Under the pieces are notes generated by a model. That model worked only from the letters and a program-made list of their open reading frames with translations, ran no database searches and was not told the origin of the DNA. A DNA stretch of 64,000 nucleotides from Escherichia coli (lineage in GTDB: Bacteria > Pseudomonadota > Gammaproteobacteria > Enterobacterales > Enterobacteriaceae): NCBI RefSeq assembly GCF_044647545.1, contig NZ_CP172818.1, one strand, 5' to 3'. The translations under genes and the position numbers were made by a program. Shown here piece by piece: positions 23,207 to 37,331 of the stretch (positions are counted from its first letter, which is position 1; every line of letters starts with the position of its first letter).

Positions 23207-23290
23207 ATTGCACTGTACCAGTACATGAGTACAAAAGACAGAAAAAAAGCCCCGATTGTTAAAATCGGGGCTGTATATATTATTTTACAG
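23207..23290 (-). promoter_or_regulatory. mtr promoter/operator region (TrpR-type operator and TyrR-box-like palindrome)
   Basis: Minus strand reads tgtactcatgtactggtacagtg (GTACT repeats typical of TrpR operators); palindrome ctgtatatattattttacag resembles TGTAAA-N6-TTTACA. Confidence 0.45.
23242..23271 (-). terminator. Rho-independent terminator downstream of deaD
   Basis: Minus strand agccccgattttaacaatcggggc hairpin followed by a T7 run. Confidence 0.6.
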
Positions 23291-23314
23291 ACTGTATTCG
23301 CTGTTCAGCGATGA

Positions 23315-25204
23315 TTACGCATCGCCACCGAAACGACGACGACCGGTAGAGTCATCACGACGCGGTGCGCGGCCTTCACGACGTTCGCCGCTAAAACGAC
23401 GACCATCACCACGGCCACCTTCACGGCGTTCACCGCTGAAGTTACGACCGCCTTCACGACGTTCGCCACCGAAACCACGACCACCGCCACGACGCTCACC
23501 GCCAGTATGCGGCTGTGCATCGCCCAGTAACTGCATATTCATCGGCTTGTTGAGAATGCGAGTACGCGTAAAGTGTTGCAGCACTTCACCCGGCATACCT
23601 TTCGGCAGTTCGATGGTGGAGTGAGAAGCAAACAGCTTGATGTTACCGATGTAACGGCTGCTGATGTCGCCTTCGTTAGCAATCGCACCAACGATATGAC
23701 GAACTTCAACACCATCATCGCGGCCCACTTCAATGCGGTACAGCTGCATATCGCCAACATCACGACGTTCACGACGCGGACGATCTTCACGGTCACCACG
23801 CGGGCCACGGTCGTTACGATCGCGCGGACCACGGTCATCACGGTCACGGAATTCACGTTTCGGACGCATCGGCGCATCTGGCGGAACAATCAGAGTACGT
23901 TCACCCTGTGCCATTTTCAGCAGTGCGGCGGCCAGAGTTTCGAGATCCAGCTCTTCACCTTCTGCCGTCGGCTGAATTTTGCTCAGCAGTGCACGGTATT
24001 GATCCAGATCGCTGCTTTCCAGCTGCTGCTGTACTTTAGCGGCGAATTTTTCCAGACGACGTTTGCCCAGCAGTTCTGCGTTCGGCAGTTCAACTTCCGG
24101 AATGGTCAGCTTCATGGTGCGTTCAATGTTACGCAGCAGACGACGCTCACGGTTCTCAACGAACAGCAGCGCACGGCCAGCACGGCCCGCACGACCAGTA
24201 CGACCGATACGGTGAACGTAAGACTCAGAATCCATCGGGATATCGTAGTTAACTACCAGGCTGATACGCTCAACGTCCAGGCCACGGGCCGCAACGTCGG
24301 TCGCAATCAGGATGTCCAGACGACCATCTTTCAGTCGTTCCAGTGTCTGCTCACGCAGCGCCTGGTTCATGTCACCGTTCAGCGCGGCGCTGTTGTAGCC
24401 GTTACGCTCAAGGGCTTCTGCCACTTCCAGAGTCGCGTTTTTGGTACGAACGAAGATAATCGCCGCATCAAAATCTTCCGCTTCCAGGAAACGTACCAGT
24501 GCTTCGTTTTTACGCATACCCCAGACAGTCCAGTAGCTCTGGCTGATGTCAGGACGGGTAGTCACGCTGGACTGAATGCGCACTTCCTGCGGCTCTTTCA
24601 TAAAGCGGCGGGTAATGCGACGAATCGCTTCCGGCATGGTTGCAGAGAACAGAGCGGTCTGATGACCTTCCGGGATCTGCGCCATAATAGTTTCAACGTC
24701 TTCGATGAAGCCCATGCGCAGCATTTCGTCAGCTTCATCCAGAACCAGACCGCTCAGTTTAGAGAGGTCCAGAGTGCCACGTTTCAGGTGGTCCAGCAGA
24801 CGGCCCGGAGTACCGACAACGATCTGCGGCCCCTGACGCAGGGCGCGTAATTGCACGTCATAACGCTGGCCGCCGTACAGGGCAACCACATTTACGCCGC
24901 GCATGTGTTTAGAGAAATCCGTCATTGCCTCAGCAACCTGTACCGCCAGTTCGCGGGTCGGTGCCAACACCAGAATCTGTGGTGCTTTCAGCTCAGGATC
25001 AAGATTCTGCAGCAGAGGTAAAGAGAATGCTGCAGTTTTTCCGCTCCCCGTCTGGGCCATACCCAGGACGTCGCGGCCATTCAGCAGATGTGGAATACAC
25101 TCTGCCTGAATTGGAGATGGTTTTTCGTAACCCAGATCGTTAAGGGCTTCAAGGATAGGAGCCTTCAGGCCCAGATCTGCAAAAGTGGTTTCGAATTCAG
25201 CCAT
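23315..25204 (-). CDS. deaD: DeaD (CsdA) cold-shock DEAD-box RNA helicase
   Basis: ATG at 25204 ([33 protein letters not shown]), 629 aa, DEAD box present; the track ORF begins 22 codons upstream. Confidence 0.92.
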
Positions 25205-25277
25205 GTAGTACGTGTGCCTCAAAATTAATGGCGGCCAGTCTACATAACTCATCATGAAATTGATCAGCAATTTTCAT
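25197..25277 (-). CDS. yrbN: YrbN, 26-aa small protein encoded in the deaD leader
   Basis: ATG at 25277, translation [26 protein letters not shown], stop overlapping the deaD start codon; matches the recalled 26-aa size of yrbN. Confidence 0.65.
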
Positions 25278-25383
25278 TGAAAAGTGTGAACCGGCTCAAA
25301 GTAGGTGTATTAACGAACAACAACGCCCTCACCCGTTAAGGTGATGGCAATCAAAAAAGATTACGGGCTGATGTGTACGTCAG

Positions 25384-26268
25384 CTATTGCTGGTCCGATT
25401 CTGCCAGGTCATCTTGGTCCTGGCCCAGGAGCGATAATTCCAACAATGCGTATCGGTGCTCAACAAAGTTATGAACGTTGTTGGCAACCGCCAGTTTGAA
25501 CAGTGCCGTGGCGCTGTCCAAATCCCCCAGACTTAGGTAGTACTTACCTAAATAGAAGTTGGTTTCACTGAGATGCTCAGCGAGCGAGGTGTTATCCGTT
25601 GCGTCCGCCTTGAGCCTTTCCATTAACGTTTGTTCGCTAATGTTGCCCAGGTAGAACTCGACAATGTTCCATCCCCACTGTTCCTTATCCGATTTTTCGA
25701 AGTGCTGTTTCAACACTTCTTTAGCCTGCTTCTCATCGAGCTTCTGCTCGGCGAGATAAAGCCACAGACTACGGAAAGGATCATTAGGATCGTCTTGATA
25801 AAACGCCAGCAGATCATCTTGCGCTAACTTGTCACGACCGCCGTAATATAATGCGATCCCGCGATTCAAGTGCGCGTAGTTGTAAGTTGGATCAAGCTCA
25901 AGTACAGAATCAAACGCTTCATAGGCAGCATCAAAATTGCCTGCCTGCGTTAAATATATGCCTAAGTAATTGAATACTTCAGGCATATCCGGTCGGATTG
26001 CCAGCGCTTGCGAAAAATCGTTACGCGCTAATGCCCTCAGACCGAGACTATCATACAACACTCCGCGCTCATATAAAAGCTGTGCGCGTTCGTCATCGGT
26101 TAAAGCCCGACTGGCAAGGATTTGTTCCATACGTGCCAGAATCACTTCCTGCTGTAAAGTCGGTTGCAATGGTACCGCGAGGACTTCACTTTTACGCCAG
26201 GAAGTATTACTGCATCCTGCAAGCGTAAGTGCTGTCGCAACGAAACACCAGCGCAAAAAAGGCTTCAT
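25384..26268 (-). CDS. nlpI: NlpI, TPR-repeat outer-membrane lipoprotein
   Basis: 294-aa ORF with lipoprotein signal LTLAGC. Confidence 0.92.
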
Positions 26269-26339
26269 TTCCCACTCCCGAAGACCACGGTTGAATGAAC
26301 GTCCTGTTCCCGGTTGCTAACAAGGCGTCCTGCCCGGTT

Positions 26340-26370
26340 AAAAGCCCCCCGCCGCAGCGGAGGGCAAATG
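26340..26370 (-). terminator. GC-rich hairpin downstream of pnp (pnp terminator / nlpI promoter region)
   Basis: ccccccgccgcagcggaggg region with a T-run on the minus strand. Confidence 0.35.
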
Positions 26371-26376
26371 GCAACC

Positions 26377-28512
26377 TTACTCGCCCTGTTCAGCAGCCGG
26401 AGCTTCCGGTGCTGCAGCAGGTTGAGACTGCTCAGTCGCTTCTTTAATGCTCAGACGGATACGGCCCTGGCGATCAACTTCCAGAACTTTCACCGGTACT
26501 TCCTGACCCATCTGCAGGTAATCGGTCACTTTCTCAACGCGTTTGTCAGCGATCTGAGAGATGTGTACCAGACCTTCTTTACCGCCGCCGATGGCAACAA
26601 ATGCGCCAAAGTCAACGATACGGGTCACTTTACCATTGTAGACGCGGCCCACTTCGATTTCTGCAGTGATCTCTTCGATACGACGAATAGCATGTTTCGC
26701 TTTCTCGCCGTCGGTCGCTGCGATTTTCACAGTACCGTCATCTTCGATTTCGATGGTGGTGCCAGTTTCTTCGGTCAGAGCACGGATAACAGAACCGCCT
26801 TTACCGATAACGTCTTTGATCTTGTCCGGGTTGATCTTGATGGTATGGATACGCGGAGCGAACTCAGAGATATCGCCGCGCGGCGCGTTGATCGCCTGTT
26901 CCATTACGCCCAGGATATGCAGACGCGCACCTTTAGCCTGGTTCAGTGCAACCTGCATGATCTCTTTGGTGATACCTTCAATTTTGATATCCATCTGCAA
27001 TGCAGAGATACCGTCGCGGGAACCCGCAACTTTGAAGTCCATATCGCCCAGGTGATCTTCGTCGCCCAAAATGTCAGACAGTACAACGTAGTTGTCGCCT
27101 TCTTTCACCAGACCCATTGCGATACCCGCAACAGCAGCTTTGATCGGCACACCTGCGTCCATCAGCGCCAGAGACGCGCCGCACACGGAAGCCATAGAAG
27201 AAGAACCGTTGGATTCGGTGATTTCAGACACCACACGTACGGTGTACGGGAATTTGTCCATATCCGGCATGACTGCCAGCACGCCGCGCTTCGCCAGACG
27301 ACCGTGACCAATTTCACGACGCTTCGGAGAACCGACCATGCCGGTTTCGCCTACGGAGTACGGAGGGAAGTTGTAGTGGAACAGGAAGGTGTCAGTACGT
27401 TCGCCCATCAGTTCATCAAGAACTTGCGCGTCACGTGCAGTACCCAGCGTTGCGGTAACCAGCGCCTGAGTTTCACCACGGGTGAAAAGCGCAGAACCGT
27501 GAGTACGCGGCAGCACGCCAGTACGCACATCCAGACCACGAATCATATCTTTTTCACGACCGTCGATACGCGGTTCGCCTGCCAGTACGCGGCTACGAAC
27601 AACGTTTTTCTCGATAGCGTGCAGAATTTCACCCAGTTCGTTTTCGTCCAGGGTTTCATCTTCAGCAAGCAGCGTCGCGATGGTTTCAGATTTGATGACA
27701 TCAACCTGCGCATAACGCTCTTGTTTGTCGGTGATGCGGTAAGCATCGCTCAGACGAGCTTCAGCCAGTGCAGCAACGCGCGCGTTCAGCGCTTCGTTTA
27801 CCGGCTCCGGCTGCCAGTCCCAACGCGGTTTACCGGCTTCTTTCACCAGTTCATTGATGTTCTGAATAACAACCTGCTGTTGTTCATGACCGAACACTAC
27901 TGCGCCCAGCATCTGGTCTTCGCTCAGCAGTTCAGCTTCAGATTCAACCATCAGTACAGCTGCTTCAGTACCCGCAACAACCAGATCCAGTTTGCTCTCT
28001 TTCAGCTCGTCCTGAGTCGGGTTCAGTACGTACTGGTCATTGATGTAACCTACGCGGGCAGCACCAATCGGACCATTGAACGGAATACCAGACAGAGACA
28101 GTGCTGCGGAAGCACCAATCATCGCGACGATATCCGGGTTAACTTGCGGGTTAACAGAAACCACGGTGGCGATAACCTGAACTTCGTTGACGAAGCCTTC
28201 CGGGAACAGCGGGCGAATCGGGCGGTCAATCAGACGCGCGATCAGGGTTTCGCCTTCGCTTGGGCGGCCTTCACGACGGAAGAAGCTACCCGGGATACGA
28301 CCAGCAGCGTAGGTACGCTCCTGATAGTTAACGGTCAGTGGGAAGAAGTCCTGACCTGGTTTGGCTTTTTTCTGGCCAACAACGGTAACGAATACCGCGG
28401 TGTCATCCATGCTAACCATAACAGCGGCAGTAGCCTGACGAGCCATCATGCCGGTTTCCAGAGTCACGGTGTGTTGGCCGTACTGGAATTTACGAACGAT
28501 CGGATTAAGCAA
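26377..28512 (-). CDS. pnp: Polynucleotide phosphorylase (PNPase)
   Basis: 711 aa from the UUG start (ttgcttaatccg = M-L-N-P); the track ORF begins 29 codons upstream. Confidence 0.92.
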   Translation of the reverse strand: MLNPIVRKFQYGQHTVTLETGMMARQATAAVMVSMDDTAVFVTVVGQKKAKPGQDFFPLTVNYQERTYAAGRIPGSFFRREGRPSEGETLIARLIDRPIRPLFPEGFVNEVQVIATVVSVNPQVNPDIVAMIGASAALSLSGIPFNGPIGAARVGYINDQYVLNPTQDELKESKLDLVVAGTEAAVLMVESEAELLSEDQMLGAVVFGHEQQQVVIQNINELVKEAGKPRWDWQPEPVNEALNARVAALAEARLSDAYRITDKQERYAQVDVIKSETIATLLAEDETLDENELGEILHAIEKNVVRSRVLAGEPRIDGREKDMIRGLDVRTGVLPRTHGSALFTRGETQALVTATLGTARDAQVLDELMGERTDTFLFHYNFPPYSVGETGMVGSPKRREIGHGRLAKRGVLAVMPDMDKFPYTVRVVSEITESNGSSSMASVCGASLALMDAGVPIKAAVAGIAMGLVKEGDNYVVLSDILGDEDHLGDMDFKVAGSRDGISALQMDIKIEGITKEIMQVALNQAKGARLHILGVMEQAINAPRGDISEFAPRIHTIKINPDKIKDVIGKGGSVIRALTEETGTTIEIEDDGTVKIAATDGEKAKHAIRRIEEITAEIEVGRVYNGKVTRIVDFGAFVAIGGGKEGLVHISQIADKRVEKVTDYLQMGQEVPVKVLEVDRQGRIRLSIKEATEQSQPAAAPEAPAAEQGE

Positions 28513-28559
28513 TGTAATATCCTTTCTCTTTCTTAGACAGTACCTTACGGCACTGGTGT

Positions 28560-28745
28560 TAATACCCGATCTTCTGCGCATCCTCGCGACTAATGACAAC
28601 CCTAACCCAGCCCAATGTGGGTAAAGCCTCTCATTAGCCGCGCGAACCTCTGCAACGGAAGATCATTCATAGCAACAATACATTAGTTTCCAGTGAATTG
28701 CTGCCGTCAGCTTGAAAAAAGGGGCCACTCAGGCCCCCTTTTCTG
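28560..28745 (+). ncRNA. psrO: PsrO (SraG) small RNA, approximate boundaries
   Basis: Recalled position of SraG in the rpsO-pnp intergenic region, opposite strand to both genes; no independent sequence signature verified. Confidence 0.35.
28713..28745 (-). terminator. rpsO Rho-independent terminator
   Basis: gaaaaaaggggccactcaggccccctttt hairpin 14 nt downstream of the rpsO stop. Confidence 0.7.
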
Positions 28746-28758
28746 AAACTCGCAAGAA

Positions 28759-29124
<366 letters not shown>

Positions 29125-29176
29125 TTAAGCGGCAGTATTCTACTCGTAGCGACCTGTTATCGCAAGACGGTTAACA

Positions 29177-30121
29177 TTACGCCGGGTATTCAACCACCAG
29201 GCGACGAGGCGCGACGCGGCCTTCATCGTCAATTTCGCCCATACCGATAAACTTGCCGTTCTCACCCTCTGTAACGCGAACCAGTCCTTCCAGCGGCGCA
29301 CCGGATGTACGAACCGGGTTACCATTTTTGAAGTAAACAGAAGACGTTAACGGAAGATTCACCACCGGGTAGTCCGAAGCTGGACTGTCCATTGGCATCA
29401 GTAATGGATCAAGTAACTCCGCAGCCGGAATATCCTGCTGTTCGGCTTGCTCAACCAGTTCACGCAGATGTTCCAGGGTCACCATCCGTTCAACCGGATA
29501 TTTACTTACCGCCAGACGACGCAAGTAAATAACATGCGCGCCACAACCGAGTTTTTCGCCGAGATCGTCAATGATAGTGCGGATATAAGTGCCTTTTGAG
29601 CAGTGAATTTCCAGCTCCAGCTCATTGCCTTCATGGCGAATAAACAGCAATTCATAAACGGTAATCGGGCGCGCTTCACGTGGAACTTCAATGCCCTGAC
29701 GCGCGTATTCGTACAGTTTTTTGCCCTGATATTTCAGTGCTGAATACATCGAAGGGATCTGTTCGATATCGCCACGGAAGGTATCCAGCGCCGCCGCCAG
29801 TTGCTCTGCACTAAAGGTTACCGGACGTTCTTCAACGATTTGTCCGTCGGCATCAGAAGTATCGGTACGCTGCCCAAGACGCGCAATGACCCGATAGCGT
29901 TTGTCGGAGTCCAGCAGATACTGGGAAAACTTCGTCGCTTCCCCGAGGCAAATTGGCAACATGCCGGTCGCCAGCGGGTCCAGCGCACCGGTATGCCCGG
30001 CACGGTTGGCGTTATAAATCCGTTTCACTTTTTGCAGCGCATCGTTGCTGGACATCCCCTGCGGTTTATCCAGCAACAAAACGCCGTTAATGTCGCGACC
30101 GCGACGACGAGGACGACTCAT
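29177..30121 (-). CDS. truB: TruB tRNA pseudouridine-55 synthase
   Basis: 314-aa ORF. Confidence 0.93.
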
Positions 30122-30522
30122 TAGTCCTCCTTGCTGTCGTCCGGGTTAACACGACGTTCTTCGTCATGTTTGACCACGCTGGTCACCAGGTTTGACATGC
30201 GCATCCCTTCAACCAGAGAGTTGTCGTAGAAGAAGGTCAGTTCCGGCACGATACGCAGGCGCATCGCTTTCCCCAGCAGGCTGCGGATGAAACCAGAAGC
30301 TTCCTGCAACGCTTTGATGCCCGCTTTAACCGCGTCTTCATCTTTGTCGTTGAGGAACGTCACATATACTTTGGCATACGCCAGGTCGCGAGACATTTCG
30401 ACACCGGAAACGGTGGTCATCATGCCCAGACGAGGATCTTTAATTTCACGCTGCAGGATGAGAGCGATCTCTTTTTGCATTTCCTGCGCTACGCGCTGCG
30501 GGCGACCAAATTCTTTCGCCAT
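30121..30522 (-). CDS. rbfA: RbfA ribosome-binding factor A
   Basis: ATG at 30522 ([20 protein letters not shown]), 133 aa; stop overlaps the truB start by 1 nt. Confidence 0.93.
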
Positions 30523-30597
30523 AATAAATTCTCCTGACAAAAAAGGGGCTGTTAGCCCCTTTTTAAAATTAATTTCAGGTGGAAGGGCTGTTCACGT

Positions 30598-30672
30598 TGG
30601 CCTGATAAGACGCGCCAGCGTCGCATCAGGCAATCCATGCCGGATGCGGCGTAAACGCCTTATCCCGCATGG
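30598..30672. repeat. REP elements in the infB-rbfA spacer
   Basis: gcctgataagacgcgccagcgtcgcatcaggc and gccggatgcggcgtaaacgccttatcccgcatgg. Confidence 0.7.
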
Positions 30673-30685
30673 AACCCTAAAAACC

Positions 30686-33358
30686 TTAAGCGATGGTACG
30701 TTGGATTTCGATGATTTCGAATACTTCGATCACATCGCCAGTGCGGACATCGTTGTAGTTCTTAACGCCGATACCACATTCCATACCGTTACGGACTTCG
30801 TTAACGTCATCTTTGAAGCGGCGCAGGGACTCCAGCTCGCCTTCGTAGATAACCACGTTGTCGCGCAGAACGCGGATCGGGTTGTGACGTTTAACCACAC
30901 CTTCGGTAACCATACAACCTGCGATGGCACCAAATTTCGGTGATTTGAATACGTCACGAACTTCCGCCAGACCGATAATCTGTTGTTTCAGTTCCGGAGA
31001 CAGCATACCGCTCATTGCCGCTTTCACTTCGTCGATCAGGTTATAGATGACGGAGTAGTAACGCAGATCCAGGCTTTCCGCTTCAATTACTTTACGTGCA
31101 GAGGCATCAGCACGTACGTTGAAGCCAACCAGGATGGCGTTGGACGCCGCAGCCAGGGTAGCGTCGGTTTCGGTGATACCACCTACGCCAGAACCGATGA
31201 TCTTCACTTTAACTTCGTCAGTAGACAGTTTCAGCAAGGAGTCGGAGATAGCTTCCACAGAACCCTGTACGTCTGCCTTCAGGACGATATTCACTTCGTG
31301 AACTTCGCCTTCGGTCATGTTGGCGAACATGTTCTCGAGTTTAGATTTCTGCTGACGCGCCAGTTTAACTTCGCGGAATTTACCCTGACGATAGAGTGCA
31401 ACTTCACGCGCTTTCTTCTCGTCACGTACAACGGTAACTTCATCACCCGCAGCCGGAACGCCGGACAGGCCGAGGATTTCCACCGGAATGGACGGACCCG
31501 CTTCCAGCACTTCCTGACCCAGTTCGTTACGCATCGCACGAACACGACCGTATTCGAAGCCACACAGAACGATATCGCCCTTGTGCAGAGTACCTTCACG
31601 TACCAGAACGGTAGCAACCGGACCACGACCTTTATCGAGGAAGGATTCGATAACCGCACCGCTCGCCATGCCTTTACGTACCGCTTTCAGTTCCAGAACT
31701 TCCGCCTGCAGCAGGATAGCGTCCAGCAGCTCATCGATACCAGTACCCGCTTTCGCAGACACATGTACGAACTGGCTTTCACCGCCCCACTCTTCCGGCA
31801 GGATGCCGTACTGGGAGAGTTCGTTCTTAACGCGATCCGGATCGGCTTCTGGTTTATCGATCTTGTTCACTGCAACGACCACCGGAACCTGCGCCGCTTT
31901 CGCGTGCTGGATTGCTTCGATGGTCTGCGGCATTACGCCGTCGTCGGCAGCAACAACCAGGACTACGATGTCCGTTGCCTGCGCACCACGAGCACGCATT
32001 GAAGTAAACGCGGCGTGCCCCGGGGTGTCCAGGAAGGTGATCATGCCGTTTTCAGTTTCAACGTGGTATGCACCAATGTGCTGGGTAATGCCGCCCGCTT
32101 CGCCAGAGGCCACTTTCGTTGAACGAATGTAGTCCAGCAGAGAGGTTTTACCGTGGTCAACGTGACCCATGATGGTCACAACCGGCGCGCGCGGTTCAGC
32201 CGCTGCACCCGTGTCACGGTCGCTCATTACCGCTTCTTCCAGCTCGTTTTCACGACGCAGAATAACTTTGTGGCCCATCTCTTCAGCAACCAGCTGTGCG
32301 GTTTCCTGATCGATAACCTGGTTGATGGTTGCCATTGCGCCCAGTTTCATCATCGCTTTGATGACCTGAGAGCCTTTAACCGCCATCTTGTTCGCCAGTT
32401 CGCCAACGGTGATGGTTTCACCGATCACAACGTCACGGTTAACGGCCTGAGCAGGCTTCTGGAAGCCTTGCTGCAGCGAAGAACCTTTACGTTTTCCGCC
32501 TTTACCGCCACGTACTGCTGCGCGTGCTTCTTCACGATCAGCTTTTGATTCAGCGTGTTTGTTGCCTTTCTTCGGACGCGCAGCTTTCGCGTTACGACCA
32601 CGGCCACGGCCGCCTTCGACTTCACGATCGCTTTCGTCTTCTGCCTGGCGAGCATGTTGAGAAGTAGTGACGTGATAATCGCTGGAATCTTCAGTCGGTT
32701 CCGCGTTATCAGTCCATTTGTTTTCTTCCGCCATACGACGTGCTTCTTCAGCAACGCGACGTGCTTCTTCTTCGAGTTTACGACGCGCTTCTTCTTCGGC
32801 TTTACGCTTGAGCTCTGCAGCTTCCTGCTCACGGCGGGCTTTTTCAGCCTGGGCGTTTTTAGTCATATCGTCTTGTTGATTGCTCACTTTGTCTTTTTCC
32901 GCAGCTTCACGTTTCGCTTGTTCAGCAGCTTCGCGCTTAGCTTGTTCTGCGGCCTCACGTTCAGCTTTTTGTTGCGCCTCACATTTGGCCGATTCTTCTG
33001 CCTCACGACGGGCTTGCTCTTCCGCTTCACGCTGCGCTTGCTCTTCCGCAGCAAGGCGTTCAGCCTCTTGCGGATCGCGTTTCACAAAGGTGCGTTTCTT
33101 GCGGACTTCGATTTGTACCGATTTGCTTTTTCCACCGGTACCAGGAATGTTAAGGGTGCTGCGTGTTTTACGTTGCAGCGTCAATTTGTCCGGGCCTGAA
33201 TTTTTCTGATTCAGGTGGTCAATCAAAGTCTGTTTCTCTTGTGCAGACACAGAGTCGTCAGCAGACTTCCGGATACCTGCATCAGCAAATTGCTGTACCA
33301 GGCGTTCCACGGAGGTCTGTCGCTCTGCGGCCAGCGTTTTAATCGTTACATCTGTCAT
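30686..33358 (-). CDS. infB: Translation initiation factor IF-2
   Basis: 890-aa ORF with GTPase motifs. Confidence 0.95.
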
Positions 33359-33382
33359 GCTGTTCCTTCCTGCTACAGTTTA

Positions 33383-34870
<1,488 letters not shown>

Positions 34871-34897
34871 CGCGGGCTTTTCACCTCATCCAGACTA

Positions 34898-35350
34898 TTA
34901 AAAGTGGGGAACCAGGTTCGCCTTCTGGATATTACTCAGCGCGAACACTTCATCTTTACCTTCGACGGTAACTGTGATCATTTCACCGTCTACCGCTTTG
35001 ATAACGCCCTGCCATTTACGACGGTTTTGTACCGCCATGCGGAGAACCAGAGTCACCTCTTCTCCGACGAAACGGGCGTAGTGTTCAGCCGTGAACAGTG
35101 GGCGATCGAGACCCGGTGAGGAGACTTCCAGGTTATAAGCAACGGTGATGGGATCTTCAACATCCAGCACAGCACTTACCTGGTGGCTCACATCAGCACA
35201 ATCATCAACATTGATGCCATCTTCACTATCAATATAGATGCGCAGTGTGGATGTGCGACCGCGAATAAATTCGATGCCAACCAGTTCAAAACCCAGGGCC
35301 TCAACTGGCGCAGTAATCATCTCTGTTAATTTTTGCTCTAATGTGGACAA
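34898..35350 (-). CDS. rimP: RimP ribosome maturation factor
   Basis: 150 aa from the TTG start ([28 protein letters not shown]); the track ORF begins 4 codons upstream. Confidence 0.85.
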
Positions 35351-35410
35351 GCCCACCCCCAAGACATAAAAAAAGGGCCTAAAGCCCAGTTATTCTGTAG
35401 TCAGATAACA

Positions 35411-35434
35411 AAAAACCCCGATAAATCGGGGCTT
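35411..35434 (-). terminator. Hairpin with T-run between metY and rimP (attenuator/terminator)
   Basis: Minus strand agccccgatttatcggggtttttt. Confidence 0.55.
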
Positions 35435-35556
35435 TATATAACTGAACCCTATAACCGCAACTGCGGTCTGGAGCACTTTCCAGAAGGATTTTTTCAAATC
35501 CCACTACGAAGGCCGAAGTCTTCACAGTATATTTGAAAAAGGACTCTAAGGGAAAG

Positions 35557-35633
<77 letters not shown>

Positions 35634-35965
35634 CCTGAAACGTGGCAAATTCTACTCGTTTTGGGTAAAAAATGCAAATACTGCTGGGATTTGGTGTACC
35701 GAGACGGGACGTAAAATCTGCAGGCATTATAGTGATCCATGCCACATTTTGTCAACGTTTATTGCTAATCACGTGAATGAATATCCAGTTCACTTTCATT
35801 TGTTGAATACTTTTGCCTTCTCCTGCTCTCCCTTAAGCGCATTATTTTACAAAAAACACACTAAACTCTTCCTGTCTCCGATAAAAGATGATTAAATGAA
35901 AACTCATTTATTTTGCATAAAAATTCAGTGAGAGCGGAAATCTAGGCTCATCATCAGTTAATTAA

Positions 35966-37324
<1,359 letters not shown>

Positions 37325-37331
37325 TTCGACA

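Noticed and set aside
23573-24850. 425-aa plus-strand ORF antisense to deaD
   Set aside because: Codon-aligned antisense artefact of a highly expressed helicase gene.
26314-28536. 740-aa ORF on the plus strand spanning essentially all of pnp
   Set aside because: It is codon-aligned antisense to pnp. Antisense stops correspond to sense codons TTA, CTA and TCA, which are rare in highly expressed genes, so long stop-free antisense frames are an expected artefact. The translated sequence is low-complexity with no domain signature.
28513-28599. N-terminal extension of the pnp ORF (29 extra codons)
   Set aside because: The track begins at an upstream TTG in the leader; the known UUG start (ttgcttaatccg) at 28512 gives 711-aa PNPase.
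30983-32002. 339-aa plus-strand ORF (and several others) antisense to infB
   Set aside because: Antisense artefacts within infB, partly produced by its repetitive N-terminal coding region.
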